Shown: one piece after another, positions 1 to 11,721 of the stretch
How positions within the stretch are numbered: position 1 is the first letter of the stretch
Layout of the letters: the number at the start of each line of letters is the position of its first letter
DNA from: Hydrolagus colliei
Taxonomy: Eukaryota
DNA length: 64,000 nt
Assembly: GCA_035084275.1 (NCBI GenBank)
Contig: CM068747.1
Location: 25,482,001 to 25,546,000, forward strand
Reading direction: 5' to 3'
The notes under the pieces: model-generated
Seen by the model: only the letters and a program-made list of their open reading frames with translations
Told to the model about the DNA's origin: nothing
Database searches by the model: none
Program-made: the position numbers and the translations under genes

Positions 1-120
1 TTCATACGTTCAGCGTTGTATTTTTGGAAAGCTACTCAAATAAATTTCTCTTTTCCTGTTTTGATTTCCATTTGCAATCTGTTCGCCATAATTTTTGTTG
101 TTGTTTTGAATAACCTACAG

Positions 121-161
121 ATGCCACACCGGACACAGAACAAATGGATTCTTCTGATGAA
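121..161 (+). CDS. UBR3: UBR3 exon (DATPDTEQMDSSDE), 41 nt
   Basis: ctacag| acceptor, |gttagt donor; DSSDE joins the next exon EDQD in frame. Confidence 0.8.
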
Positions 162-762
162 GTTAGTGCTTCACTTTTTAATTGGAAAAAATTGCGATAG
201 AATCACATACCTTAAAGTTAAAAAAAAAAAGGAATCCTGCTGAATGTGTTTGTCAAAAATGTGTTTCCCGCCCCACGTTTCTGTACCATGGGGATTGAAG
301 TAGATTTATTGCCAAGAATATGAATGCAAAGACTCAAATTTTTCCTATTATCTATTTGTACATTCGTTTTATTTGGTTGGCATTTAATGTGTTCCATTTA
401 GCCAGATATCAACCAAACCAAACGGTTGTAAAATCTCAGAAAACTATAATGACAATTCAGAAGAACGTTCTGCAGATAAAGATCGTGTAAGATGCGGTGA
501 CTGAGAAATCGTAACTTTTAATCTGTTGAGATGAAACATGGTATTACACCACAGTTTTTTTTGCATGCTGAACACAAACGTGTATTTATGTAAGCAAATG
601 TTCCTCTTGTGTTCTTAAAATGCTCGCCTTGTGACCAAATTAATTCTGGTTTAGAGGAGGGACAGCTAAATGAAAACTTTTCTTGGTTGGAAAAAGGGAT
701 TAAATGGGTTATTTTGTGCAACAACAAATATTCAAAGAAAAACTTTTGTTCTTGATCTTCAG

Positions 763-829
763 GAGGATCAGGATGTCAGTCAAGGTGTTGGCAAACGGAA
801 GCGGGTAAAACTCTGTAACAGCGCCAAAG
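763..829 (+). CDS. UBR3: UBR3 exon (EDQDVSQGVGKRKRVKLCNSAK), includes basic NLS-like KRKRVK
   Basis: ttcag| ... G|gtagtc; phase 0-1. Confidence 0.9.
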
Positions 830-1303
830 GTAGTCTGCTCTTTTTTATTTTAAAAAAAAGTTAGAAAAATGAATTAATTTTAACTGCTTCTGATTTGTAA
901 TAAGTCAATTTGATTTACATCATTGATTTAAGTGTTCACAAATTTTGTGGTGATTGAATTTTATCACTCCCTAAATTGCCTCTGTTATAACTGGTTTCTG
1001 CTGTATAATCATTTTGAAAGTTTAAGTTGATAACTTGACCAACTTTTCTGTGGTTTTTCACTAAACTTGAGTAGGCGTATCCTAGAGTAGTGGATGGCTA
1101 AGGTTAGTGGAATGTTAGGCTGCACAGGTGGGGTAGTAAAACTCGGACAAATATAATTTGTGTAATCACCTAAATCTAAATCTGCCCAAGTCCCGTTCAG
1201 GAGTTCATATTCAATGCAATTTTGACTTTATTCATACTTTGCATAAGTCATATTAAATATATTATCCAAACTGATACAATTTATGTGAGGTTTACTGTAG
1301 TAC

Positions 1304-1572
1304 TGTGTTCGAATCAAGGCAGGTCAGGGCGAAATCTTGGGCAAGTTTCCTTACTCCACACGCCTAATAATAATCCGTCCCCAGAAAAAACCACAATAAT
1401 ATAAATTGTTCATTTCAATCCACGGCTGTTTGTGGGGACGCTGCTGTGCGCAATTGGCTGCCGCGTTTCTCCTACAAATATTCAGTCAATTCGCTTTACA
1501 GTATATTCTGTGAAGCGTTTTGAGATGTCGATAAGATGTGAAAAATGCTATATCAAATGCAAGGATTATTAT
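1304..1572 (+). mobile_element. tRNA-derived SINE, 5'-truncated
   Basis: Same body and tail as the full copy at 1965; ends gcaaggattattatt. Confidence 0.85.
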
Positions 1573-1690
1573 TTACTATACTGATATCACCAACTTTGAA
1601 ATCATGATTACGCATATACGGTCTAGTTGACTTCACTTTTTATAAACTCAGCATTTTACCTCTCACCGGTTGTGTTTTTGCCTATTTCAG

Positions 1691-1821
1691 ATCCATCCAT
1701 CATGGATGTTTTAAAACATAAATGCTTTCTAGAAGAGTTGTTATTTTGGACTGTAAAATACGAGTTTCCACAAAAAATGGTAACCTTTCTACTCAATATG
1801 CTGCCTGATCAAGACTATAAG
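1691..1821 (+). CDS. UBR3: UBR3 exon (DPSIMDVLKHK...LPDQDYK)
   Basis: tttcag| ... AAG|gtattg; phase 1-0. Confidence 0.95.
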
Positions 1822-1964
1822 GTATTGATAAACGCACAGTACACCGTAATCTAGTAATCTTTCGAACATTTGTTAAACATAGTTTCTTGTTTTAATTTAA
1901 TTCTCTTGTCTACAAAATACATAGTCATAGTCAACACTTGACAGAAACTTGGTGAAGCTTTTAT

Positions 1965-2289
1965 GGAGCTCCTGTAGCTCAGTGGTTAGAGCACTCGCCT
2001 TACAAGCATGAGACGTGTGTTCGAATCCAGGCAGGTCAGGGCGAAACCGTGGGCAAGTTTCCTTACTCCACAGGCCTAATAATCCGTCTAAAAATAACCA
2101 CAATAATAAAAATTGATCATTTTCAATCCACGACTGTTTGTGGGAACGCTGCTGTGCGCAATTGGCAGCCTCGTTTCACCCACAAATATACAGTCAAGTC
2201 ACTTTACAATATATTCTGTGAAGCGCTTTGAGACGTTGATAAGATGTGAAAAGCGCCATATCAAATGCAAGGATTATTATTATTATTAT
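1965..2289 (+). mobile_element. tRNA(Val-TAC-like)-derived SINE, full length
   Basis: A box tagctcagtgg, loop cttacaa, B box gttcgaatcc; Deu-like core gctgctgtgcgcaattggc; L2-like tail and (TTA)n. Confidence 0.9.
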
Positions 2290-2512
2290 CCAGTTTCCCT
2301 TCCCCAAGCCTGTGAAGCAAAAGCTGGTCAGCTGCTCTCATTTATTGAGATGAACAGGTTCAGCGTAGATTAGTGACTGAAAGACGGTATACAAGTGTAA
2401 TTTTGTTGTTGTTGAATGGGCTTCATCACACATGACTTGGTGTTGAGCGGTCTGTAAATATCCGTCGGGGAAAGAACATGAGTTAAGAACAAACGTTCCT
2501 ATTTCTAGTGAG

Positions 2513-2755
2513 TTCAACAACAACAACAACAAAATTACACTTGTACAGCACCTTTCACATCAGGGGGACATCCCAAGGCTCCGGACAGTCACTGCTTCAG
2601 ACCCGAGCTGAGGACGGCGGTGGGGTGGGTGGGGGTAGGGAAGGGGGGGATTAGGAGTTGCTAATGGGTCCATCGAAGAGGAGAGTCTTGAGGCGAGACT
2701 TGAAGGAGGCCAGGGATGGGCCGGGGCAGAGGGACTGCGGGATGGAAGAGAAGCT
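2513..2755 (-). mobile_element. L2-like LINE 3' fragment
   Basis: (AAC)n tail plus cctttcac...tcccaagg stem-loop end. Confidence 0.75.
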
Positions 2756-2813
2756 TTCTTTTTCATGCAGTATATTTTAGATTTCTGACATGTTATTAAT
2801 GTGCTCTCTGCAG

Positions 2814-3042
2814 GTTGCTTTTACTGAGACGTTTGTTCAGCACTATGCTTTTATTATGAAAACTTTGATCAAGAGTCACGAATCCGACACCATGTCCAAT
2901 CGGATTGTTCACATCAGCGTTCAGTTGTTCAGCAATGAAGAGTTGGCACGCCAAGTGACAGAAGAATGCCATCTACTGGAAATAATGGTCACTGTATTGC
3001 TTTACATGATGGAAAGTTGCCTTATCAAAAGTGAGTTGCAAG
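2814..3042 (+). CDS. UBR3: UBR3 exon (VAFTETFVQHY...IKSELQ)
   Basis: ctgcag| ... G|gtgagc; phase 0-1. Confidence 0.95.
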
Positions 3043-3181
3043 GTGAGCTGAAATTTGATTTATAGGAGTTTTTAAAAGGAAAATCTGTATTCCTGGCAGC
3101 ATTTAAACAAAATATTCTGTACAAATATCAGAATTTTTTTAAAAAAAAACCCAGCATGGCTTGGTCTGGTATTGTGTAGTA

Positions 3182-3572
3182 CAGTGAAAGCCCGTTTATC
3201 CAGCATCCGGTGTGGGGGGGGGGTCGACTGATTGACTGTGCCGGATAATCGGACGGCAAGTTGCTGAAAACCCAACACAAAAAAATTACTTATTTCAAAA
3301 CATACCATATTAATAATATACTAAATAGTAAAAGAGTATTGTTTGGATACTTACCAATAAAGATTCCAGCACACTCGTCTAAATGATCGGTAAAACAGCA
3401 TTTTTTACCGATCAGTAAAAACCCGAGTTCGTAAATTTAATAACTGCGCATGCGTGCATATTGCACAGAATGCGCAAAGTGAGCATACTCGCAATTGCTG
3501 GAATGGGGAATTGCCCCGGGAGGGGGTCGAGCAATCCAGTTGATCGGGTCACGGATAAACGGGCTTTTATTG
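3182..3572. mobile_element. pogo/Tigger-like MITE (family A)
   Basis: TIR CAGTGAAAGCCCGTTTATCC / GGATAAACGGGCTTTTATTG with TA on both sides. Confidence 0.85.
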
Positions 3573-3852
3573 TAATTGAATGTTTCCCATAGGTTACTAC
3601 TCGAAAGTTCCACCTGGGAAAATGTACCAAATCAAATGCAAAGATTATTATTATTATTATTAAATGCTGCAAAATGTCTTTACTATAGATTTAATAAATT
3701 GGACAACAGACAGTTTTTCCATTTTTTTCGCATACATATTTCTTTGCACACGTCTTTCTAAGATGTCTGTTGCAGGAAAAAAAGCTTGCAACTTTCTGCA
3801 GTAACTTTGAACTGTGAATCTTTATAAATATTGTATCTTTTTCGCTGTTTAG

Positions 3853-4032
3853 ATGAAGAAAACAATTTTCATGTTGTTGTCAACTGTGGTGAACCCCTTT
3901 TAAAGAACAACACCTACTGGCCGTTAGTTAGTGATTTCATAAATATCCTCTCACACAAAAGTGTAGCAAAGCGTTTCCTAGAGGATCAGGGCCTTCTACA
4001 AATGTGGATGAATTTTGTTTCCTTCTTTCAAG
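3853..4032 (+). CDS. UBR3: UBR3 exon (DEENNFHVVVNC...FVSFFQ)
   Basis: tttag| ... G|gtaaat; phase 1-1. Confidence 0.95.
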
Positions 4033-4214
4033 GTAAATTTCTCCTTATTGATTTGACACATAGATAAACATAGAATCTTTCTGCTGTTACAAACCCAAAA
4101 ACCTTGATAATCCAGGGCTCCCAATTAACAATGCTTTTTAAAAAAAACGTTTTAAAGTTCTTTTGAGGTGATTGATCCGTCTGATGAAATCTTACTCTAT
4201 ATTTGTTTTTCTAG

Positions 4215-4348
4215 GCATGAATTTAAATAAGCGAGAATTAAACGAGCATGTGGAATTTGAGTCGCAAACCTATTATGCGGCATTTGCAGCAGAATTGGAA
4301 GCCTGCGCACAGCCAATGTGGGGACTATTAACACACTGCAAAGTTAGG
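4215..4348 (+). CDS. UBR3: UBR3 exon (GMNLNKRELNEHVEFE...HCKVR)
   Basis: ttctag| ... AGG|gtaagg; phase 1-0. Confidence 0.95.
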
Positions 4349-4693
4349 GTAAGGAATTTGATATGTCCTGAAAATAAGATGTTTGAAACTGCGGTAGCGA
4401 ACACGAATACGATTTATTGTAAATCAGTAAAGTAAAGGATAATTGAGTAACTTTAACAAATGTCTATTATTAACATTATTAACTTAGTAGATTTTAGCAT
4501 GGGTACTATAGTGTTAAAAATTGGCGTTGTTTGGCTCAAGGGTTTGCTCACCAGTTTTTGTGGCATTAACAATAGATGTGGAGAAGTCAGTTGTACAAAT
4601 CAGCCAAGTAAGTTCATTCCTATCACTGGGCGGATTACATATGAAGTAAGGCTGGAAAAATTCAGCATATGAAATAAAAGTAATGCAAAGTGG

Positions 4694-5007
4694 AATCCTG
4701 TAGCTCCGTGATTTGAGCACTCGCCTTACAAGTGTGAGACCTGTATTCGAATCCAGGTAGGTCAGGGCAAAACCTTGGGCAAGTTTCCTTACTCACACGT
4801 CTAATAATAATCCCTCAAAAAAACACAATAATAAAATTGGTTATTTCAATTCCACGACTGTTTGTGGGACGCTGCTGTGCGCAGTTGGCTGCCACGTTTC
4901 GCCCACAAATATACAGTCAATTCACTTTATAGTATATTCTGTAAATTGCTTTGAGACGTCGAGAAGACGTGAAAAGCACTATATCAAATGCAAGGATTAT
5001 TTTATTA
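4694..5007 (+). mobile_element. tRNA-derived SINE
   Basis: Same family as 1965. Confidence 0.9.
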
Positions 5008-5123
5008 TAAAATCCTTGGATTTCTGGCAAGTAACTTTGATACAGTTAAAAGATATTTAGTCAGCATGTGTTTGATTGCATTTAAAAAAATATATTTCCA
5101 TCTTTTTCATGAATGTTTTGCAG

Positions 5124-5210
5124 GAGACACAAGAGTACACCAGAACAGTAGCCAGATATTGCCTGGATGCACTGCAGGATTGGTTTGATGCCATCAATTT
5201 TATTGATGAG
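5124..5210 (+). CDS. UBR3: UBR3 exon (ETQEYTRTVARYCLDALQDWFDAINFIDE)
   Basis: ttgcag| ... GAG|gtattg; phase 0-0. Confidence 0.95.
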
Positions 5211-5601
5211 GTATTGATGGAATAATTAAGTATTTTATAAAAGAGTTGTTGGAATGGGAGGTGGATGTGTTGATGGGGGAAATTAGCTTAGATCAAGGGG
5301 AAGGTAATGTGGAGAGGTATTTTTATATGATTTTACATGTAACATTTTTACATATTATTCCCTCACCTCTGTTAAACTGAGATTTTTTTTTATTAAAAAA
5401 AAAGTATCTACCTTGGAGGACGTGTGCTAAGTTACCTACGATTCTCCATTTCCGAGCAGTCTGCCTTTCTGTGCCTCTAAATCCATTAGGAGATCTCCCC
5501 ACTATTAACACTGTTGATCCCACCAATAAGAAAATTCTAAGTCCCGGAACAATTTGCCATGGCTTTTGTTCTGCTTGCTGTGCAGGTGCTCTTTTCTTCG
5601 T

Positions 5602-5825
5602 GGAGTTCTATAGCTCAGTGGTTAGTGGACTTGCCTGACAAACGTCAGACTTGTGTTTTGAATCCAGGCAGATCAGGGCGAAACCATGGGCAAGTTTCCT
5701 TACTCCACACGCCTAATAATAATCCCTCCCAACAAAAAAAAACTATAATAAATTGGTCATTCCAATCCATGACTGTATGTGGGAAACTGCTGTGCGCAAT
5801 AGTTTTGCCTATCAATATACATTCA
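5602..5825 (+). mobile_element. tRNA-derived SINE, 3'-truncated and fused to a MITE half
   Basis: Head and core present, tail missing. Confidence 0.8.
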
Positions 5826-6061
5826 ACAGAATATTGTATGGATATTTACCAATAAAGATTCCAGCACACTCGGTAAAATAATCGGTTAAAAAGCATTTTT
5901 TACCGATCGGTAAAAACCCAGAGTTCGTAATTTTAATAAGTGCGCACGCATTGCACACATGCGCAAAGTGAGCATGCTCGCAATTGCTAGAATGGGAAAT
6001 TGCCCCAGGAGGGGGTCGCGCAATCCGGTTGATCGGGTCACGGATAAACGGGCTTTTACTG
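5826..6061. mobile_element. MITE family A, right half only
   Basis: Near-identical to 3335-3572; ends GGATAAACGGGCTTTTACTG-TA. Confidence 0.8.
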
Positions 6062-6428
6062 TACTATTATTATAATGGCAGAGCTCTGTCCAAAAGGCAA
6101 TCTTATTAATCTCCTGGATTCAGTTTGTCCAGATACCTGCCAAGTTAGGTACAAAATGTACCTGGACGAACAATACAAATAGTTTTGATAAAGCAGGTGT
6201 ATCCTGCATGAAGCTATGTAAATATTCTGTTAATTGTCACCATTCAGTGTTCTATTTGGTTGACATTTTGTGCAATATTAATTTTTAAGTATTAAAGTAA
6301 ACTGGACACTATTGTGTTATAGTGCATAGGTTTAAGTACTCCCGAGATGCTGCCCGCTATGTAAGGACACTATATAAATGCAAGTTGTTATAGTGACATC
6401 TGTATTGGTTTCTGTTGTTTTTATCTAG

Positions 6429-6494
6429 CCAACTCCTAACCAGGTTACGTTTCACTTGCCTCTCCATCGTTACTATGCCATGTTTCTGAGCAAG
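6429..6494 (+). CDS. UBR3: UBR3 exon (PTPNQVTFHLPLHRYYAMFLSK)
   Basis: atctag| ... AAG|gtaagc; contains the FHLPLHR motif typical of UBR1-3. Confidence 0.95.
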
Positions 6495-6911
6495 GTAAGC
6501 TCATCTCTTGTATCTGACTTGTGCATTAAATTAAACTTTTTTTTAATAACAATATATGGTGAATAAGTCGATATATTTTCTTTTGTGTGGTGTAATTCTG
6601 TCTGGATTCCTTGTTTAATTTTAAATGTACAGTTAGGGTGAGATGCCCCTAGTTGTTGAATACCTTGGTTCAAGACTGAACTTGCATCCGTTCTCTTTAT
6701 AATTTGGAAGCTTCGATTGGGCCACTTTACAATCTGCTCTACCACTGAACTGCTGGGTCTTTCCAGAGTGTCCAGTTTCTTCCATCAAACAGTGTTTCTA
6801 ACTGTCTCAATGTACCTGACTGCTTTATCTCGACTTTTGTGATTTACACTGAAGTCAGCATTGAGAGCTGCAATGTGAATTTGAAATGCAAATGGGATAT
6901 GTTTGCCAATA

Positions 6912-7735
6912 CAGGTAGACCCCGCTTAATGAAGTGGTTAGGGACTTTAAAACCTTTCGTTAAGCGAAAATTTTGTTAAACGAGAGTTTAACTGTATTAC
7001 TGTATTTGGCCACAGCCAAAACGCCGCCCCGACCCTCCCGCTAAAATCATTGCAGTTCCTAGCAGTTCCTAGCGCTAACATTTTCGATGTACAGGATGAG
7101 AGGTCAAAATCCGGAGTTCCGGAATGTAACAAAAATTACAAGAATAAAAACGCCAATCCTACCTGCTCACAGTCACCGCACTGAAATATCACAACCTGAC
7201 CCAGGCATTTCAGGACACGTGACGCGCTTCTTTCTTTCTCCCCACCCCCTCCTCTCTATTTCTCTAAACACCCCCCCTCCTCTCTATCCCCTCCCTCTCT
7301 ATCCTCCCTTGCTCTCTATTCCCCCTCCCCTCCCTCTTTATCCCCCGCTCCCCTCCCTCTCTATCCCACCTTCGTCTCTATCCCCCTCCCTCTCTATCCC
7401 CCCTCCTCTCTATCTCTATCCCCCTACCCTCTCTCTTTATCCCCCCTCCCATCCCCTCCATCTCTATCTCCCCCTCCTCTCTATTTCTCTATCTCCCCCC
7501 CACCCCCATCTCTCTTATCCCCCCCTCCTCTCTATCCCCCCTTCACGTGACGCGCTTCTGGCGTTCCGATTTGTCTGGAAGTACCCGAACCTGGGCTCTG
7601 CTATGGGCCTGAATTCAGGATGCTCAACTTGTACTAGAGAAGGCCTAAGGTAGATATAACTGCTATTGAAGGCTACACAACTTTAAATACAACAATAAAA
7701 TATTAAATGTCAGTTCGGTAAGTGGGGTCTGCCTG
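6912..7735. mobile_element. Tigger-like MITE (family B) containing a C/T-rich tract
   Basis: TA-CAGGTAGACCCCGCTTA ... TAAGTGGGGTCTGCCTG-TA (15/17 TIR). Confidence 0.8.
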
Positions 7736-7763
7736 TACATTGATTATATTGTTCACTTCATAG

Positions 7764-7853
7764 GCAATTCAGTGTCAACAACTAGATCTAGATGCATTGT
7801 TACCAGATCAAGAGATGCTCATGAAACTTATGGTTCATCCACTGCAGATTCAG
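7764..7853 (+). CDS. UBR3: UBR3 exon (AIQCQQLDLDALLPDQEMLMKLMVHPLQIQ)
   Basis: tcatag| ... CAG|gtgtgt; phase 0-0. Confidence 0.93.
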
Positions 7854-8060
7854 GTGTGTTTTTTTTTCTCTCTCTCTCTTGATTTTAAACTATTTGCTCA
7901 GATACTGTTTTGTTTCTGTTACAAGTTGAGGTTCGCTGTCATCGACATGGGTCATCTTTTGCAGAAAACAGTCAGCGTTTTTCAGTACATGTTATCTCAT
8001 GTTGTATTTTTGCCTCAAATGAAATATTCATATTTAGAACAAAATGTTTATTTGTTTCAG

Positions 8061-8189
8061 GCATGTCTGTCAGAGATACACAGTAACATGTGGGTCAGAA
8101 ATGGACTGCAGATTAAAGGGCAAGCTATGACCTATGTACAGTCTCACTTTTGCAACTCCATGATTGATCCAGATATTTATCTGCTGCAG
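8061..8189 (+). CDS. UBR3: UBR3 exon (ACLSEIHSNMWVRNGLQ...DIYLLQ)
   Basis: tttcag| ... CAG|gtatgt; WVRNG motif. Confidence 0.96.
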
Positions 8190-8250
8190 GTATGTTCACA
8201 AGCTCAAACAGTAGCTTGAGCTGTAAAATTTTTTAATGATGATGCTTAGA

Positions 8251-8660
8251 ACAACAACAACAAAATTGCACATGTATAGGACCTTTCACGTAGGGAGGAT
8301 GTCCCAAGGTGCTGGACGGTCATTATTTCAGACCTGAGCTGGGGTTGGGATTGGGGAGGGTGGAGGGAAAGGGTGGCCGATGGGACCGTCGAAGAGGAGG
8401 GTCTTGAGGCGGGACTTGAAGGAGGCTAGGGAGGGGGCGAGGTGGAAGGACTGCGGGATGGAATTCCAGAGGTTGGGGCAGAGTGGCTGAAGGCTCGCCT
8501 GCCATTGTTGGGGTGGGGGACGTGGAGCAGGAGGAGTTTGGAAGGCCGACAAGTGTCGACAAGTTGGAGTAATGGAGCCTGGATGTGATGAAGGCATGAA
8601 TGAAAGTTTAAGCGGGCTGACGGGTGAGGTAGTGACAGAGTTGGGCAATGTTGTAATACC
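8251..8660 (-). mobile_element. L2-like LINE 3' fragment
   Basis: Minus-strand AFSHSAP, LWNSIP, FKSRLKTLLF (L2 ORF2 end). Confidence 0.85.
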
Positions 8661-8769
8661 TCAATACATGAATCTTTCCCTGCCCAACAGTTGAAAAAGT
8701 TGTTTCTGATATTGATAGTATCGTTAAGAGAAACTAAATTATATTCAGATTGGTTTTCTCTCCCATTAG

Positions 8770-8822
8770 GTTTGTGCTTCAAGATTAGATCCAGATTATT
8801 TCATTTCATCTGTTTTTGAAAG
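8770..8822 (+). CDS. UBR3: UBR3 exon (VCASRLDPDYFISSVFER)
   Basis: cattag| ... AG|gtgagc; phase 0-2. Confidence 0.94.
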
Positions 8823-9300
8823 GTGAGCAGGCAATTAAAAAAAATTAACATTTTCTACGTTCCATATTCTGGTTTGGATTCAAATCCTTGGCCATAGATT
8901 TTGAAAAGGACTGCGTTTGAAGAACAGTGGATCACTTAGTCCTTCATAGATATCACTTCATCTGAACTATAACAGGTTTACTTAATGGTTCTTGAGTATA
9001 CATTCTTTCATTATTTCAATTGTATAACAGCAAATACAAAGCTAACGTACTGTAGTCTAAACATTTTCTCACTTATGGTTTAAACTGAGTATGTAATTCA
9101 GTGACACATTTGTATTGTACTCTAAATTCAGTGACTAATTTATGTGTTTGAACTGCATAAGAAAAACTAATGGCACATAGAAAGGAACAGTGTAGGTATT
9201 TTTACATAAATTAAATACCGGTCATGATTCCTGTTCCGGAGGGTATCACCTGATGGCAGTAACCGTTTGTATATTGACATAAATTCTTGTACTTTGCTAG

Positions 9301-9434
9301 ATTTAAAGTGGTTGATCTACTGACGATGGCATCACAGCATCAGAATACAATTCTTGATGCAGAAAATGAAAGACCTATGCTTGAAGGAACTCTTACATTT
9401 CTAGTTATTTTGCTGAGTCTCCGCATCCATTTAG
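9301..9434 (+). CDS. UBR3: UBR3 exon (FKVVDLLTMASQHQ...LRIHL)
   Basis: tgctag| ... G|gtaagt; phase 2-1. Confidence 0.95.
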
Positions 9435-9792
9435 GTAAGTTGTATTTGCATATTTTATACCGCGTCCCATCTTAATTCCTTTCTGCACTTTTACTTTCTT
9501 ATCCTTGTTCCTTGAATGTTCTCATAGCTGCAGTTTGTGTTTCTAATTACCTTCTTGGTTTACTGTACAGTACTGTTCAAATTGAGTTAGATTCTCCTGG
9601 GGTGAATATATATCGTATATTATATTTGTTCAGCATCTTCTGATTGGCATCCGATTCGGTGCCAATTTTAATTTGACAGACAAACTTTCACTGCCTGTAT
9701 AAAAGTACTCTCGGGTTCTCTAATGGTTCAGTGGGTAATTTACCATGCGGTGGCATAATAAGTAACTTAAAATGGTTAACTCTGAAATTATG

Positions 9793-10092
9793 TGGAGTCC
9801 TGTAGCTCGATGGTTAGAACACTCGCCGTACAAGTGTGAAACCTGTGTTCGAATCCAGGCAGGTCAGGGCGAAAACTTGACCAAATTTCCTTACTCCACA
9901 CACTCCAAAAAAAGGATAATAAATTGGTCATTTCAATCCACGGCTGTTTGTGGTGGACACTGCTGTCGCAATTGGCTGCTGTGTTTTGCCTACAAAAAAT
10001 ACAGTCAATTCACTTTACAGAATATTCTGCAAGGTGCTTTGAGACGTCTAGAAGATGTGAAAAGCGCTATATCAAATGCAGGGATTATTATT
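9793..10092 (+). mobile_element. tRNA-derived SINE
   Basis: Same family. Confidence 0.9.
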
Positions 10093-10581
10093 TATATTTC
10101 TGTACAAGAAAAGAACTTCTATAGCAAACATTAACTTTTCGAGACAGCTCTGCAATTTTGATAAATAACTGCTGGGTTTGTGATTTACATGGTATCACAC
10201 ACTCCGTTTAACCATGTTCTTTTTTTTCTTGTTTTGTCAGAGTCTTTATCTTCAAAATCTATTGAACTGTGAAGCAGAGCAAACTAATGTTTTGAAAGTT
10301 TAATGCTTGAGTCTTTCTAAGCACCTTTTTAAAAGACTCAAGGAGATAAAATATATGTCCGTTCATTAATTGTGTTGTGTGTACAAATGTTCAGTGAATT
10401 AGAATGACAAGTTTCATGTCACCTTTTTTAAGCATTTGTATTAAGTAAGAATAACCTATTTTCTGAACTGCTGCTGCTTATTGTAAGACTGTATGGTGAT
10501 GCATTTTCTGTCAAATGGAATATTAGTTATGTTCATGTGGAGACCATATTAGTATTAATTTATTATTCATTTTTATTTCAG

Positions 10582-10667
10582 GAATGACAGATGATGAGAT
10601 CCTGAGGGCGGAAATGGTAGCACAGCTCTGCATGAATGACAGAACACACAGTACATTATTGGATCTC
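10582..10667 (+). CDS. UBR3: UBR3 exon ([29 protein letters not shown]), ends at AT-AC intron
   Basis: tttcag| ... CTC|atatcctttt (U12 donor); phase 1-0. Confidence 0.93.
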
Positions 10668-11023
10668 ATATCCTTTTGCACAGTTCAGAACACTCGTACG
10701 AAAAGGAAAATAAGGGGGTGAACATTCAGGAATCAAGAACACTCCCTCTTACATGGGAGTGTGCATGCCCTTTCAAATTTACCTCTGTACTCACATTATC
10801 TCTTTAGTACAGTACATCTGAGGTCTAATGTGTAGGTGTAAGTACAAGACCTTCTTTGTGAAGTCAGCTATGAAACATGGAAACATTTCAGTTGACGAAT
10901 GATAATGTACAATGTATATTGTAGATCTGAAAGTGAATTCTAATTTGAAAAATTTTAAGATTTTGGTAACACAAGGTACATAATACTCGTCCATTTTGTA
11001 TTCTTTCTTTAATCAAAAAATAC
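10668..11023 (+). other. U12-type (minor spliceosome) AT-AC intron, 356 nt
   Basis: 5' ATATCCTTT; branch-like TTTCTTTAAT at 11004-11013; 3' TAC|; removal joins LLDL to IPENPNPKSG in frame. Confidence 0.92.
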
Positions 11024-11165
11024 ATTCCTGAAAACCCCAACCCCAAGAGTGGGATTATCCCAGGGAGCTATTACTTTGAAGCCATGCTTTCTGCTGTATC
11101 TGATTTTAAGGCACCAATTTTTGAACCCGGTGGTTCCATGCAGCAGGGAATGTATACCCCTAAAG
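11024..11165 (+). CDS. UBR3: UBR3 exon (IPENPNPKSGIIPGSY...GMYTPK)
   Basis: aatac| ... G|gtatgt; phase 0-1. Confidence 0.93.
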
Positions 11166-11252
11166 GTATGTATTATTAGATGTTGTGTTAATTTTACGGG
11201 TGTTTTAAAGGAGTAATATTATTGTATTCGCAAGACTTGTAGCCTAGTGGTT

Positions 11253-11573
11253 GGAGCTCCTGTAGCTCAGTGGTTAGAGCACTCGCCTTACAAGCATGAT
11301 ACCTGTGTTCGAATCCAGGCAGGTCAGGGCGAAACCTTGGGCAAGTTTCCTTACTCCAAACGCCTAATAATAATCTGTCCAAAAAAACACAATAATAAAA
11401 AAATTGGTCACTTCAATCCATGACTGTTGTGGGACACTGCTGTGTGCAATTGGCTGCCGCGTTTCACCCACTACTATACAGTCAATTCACTTGACAGTAT
11501 ATTCTGTGAAGCGCTTTGAGACGTCGATAAGATGTGAAAAGCGCTATATCAAATGCAAGGATTGTTATTGTTG
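11253..11573 (+). mobile_element. tRNA-derived SINE
   Basis: Same family. Confidence 0.9.
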
Positions 11574-11707
11574 TAATAACACCTGTTATTTGGGACGTCC
11601 TCCCGACGTGAAAAGCACTTTACAAATGTTTGTATATTTCGGAAATTATATTGAGTTGTTCCTCATTCCCCCCCCCCTCCCCCCAAAGTACCATTTCCAC
11701 CACATAA

Positions 11708-11721
11708 CCTGCAGGGGGCAG
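11708..11721 (+). promoter_or_regulatory. CTCF-like motif CCTGCAGGGGGCAG
   Basis: Close match to the CCASYAGRKGGCRS consensus; motif only. Confidence 0.4.

Noticed and set aside
1965-2040. tRNA-Val(TAC)-like sequences here and at other SINE heads
   Set aside because: Each continues into the SINE body and L2-like tail and lacks a proper acceptor stem, so these are SINE heads, not tRNA genes.
7087-7653. 188-aa Pro/Leu-rich ORF
   Set aside because: Translation of the C/T tract within a MITE.
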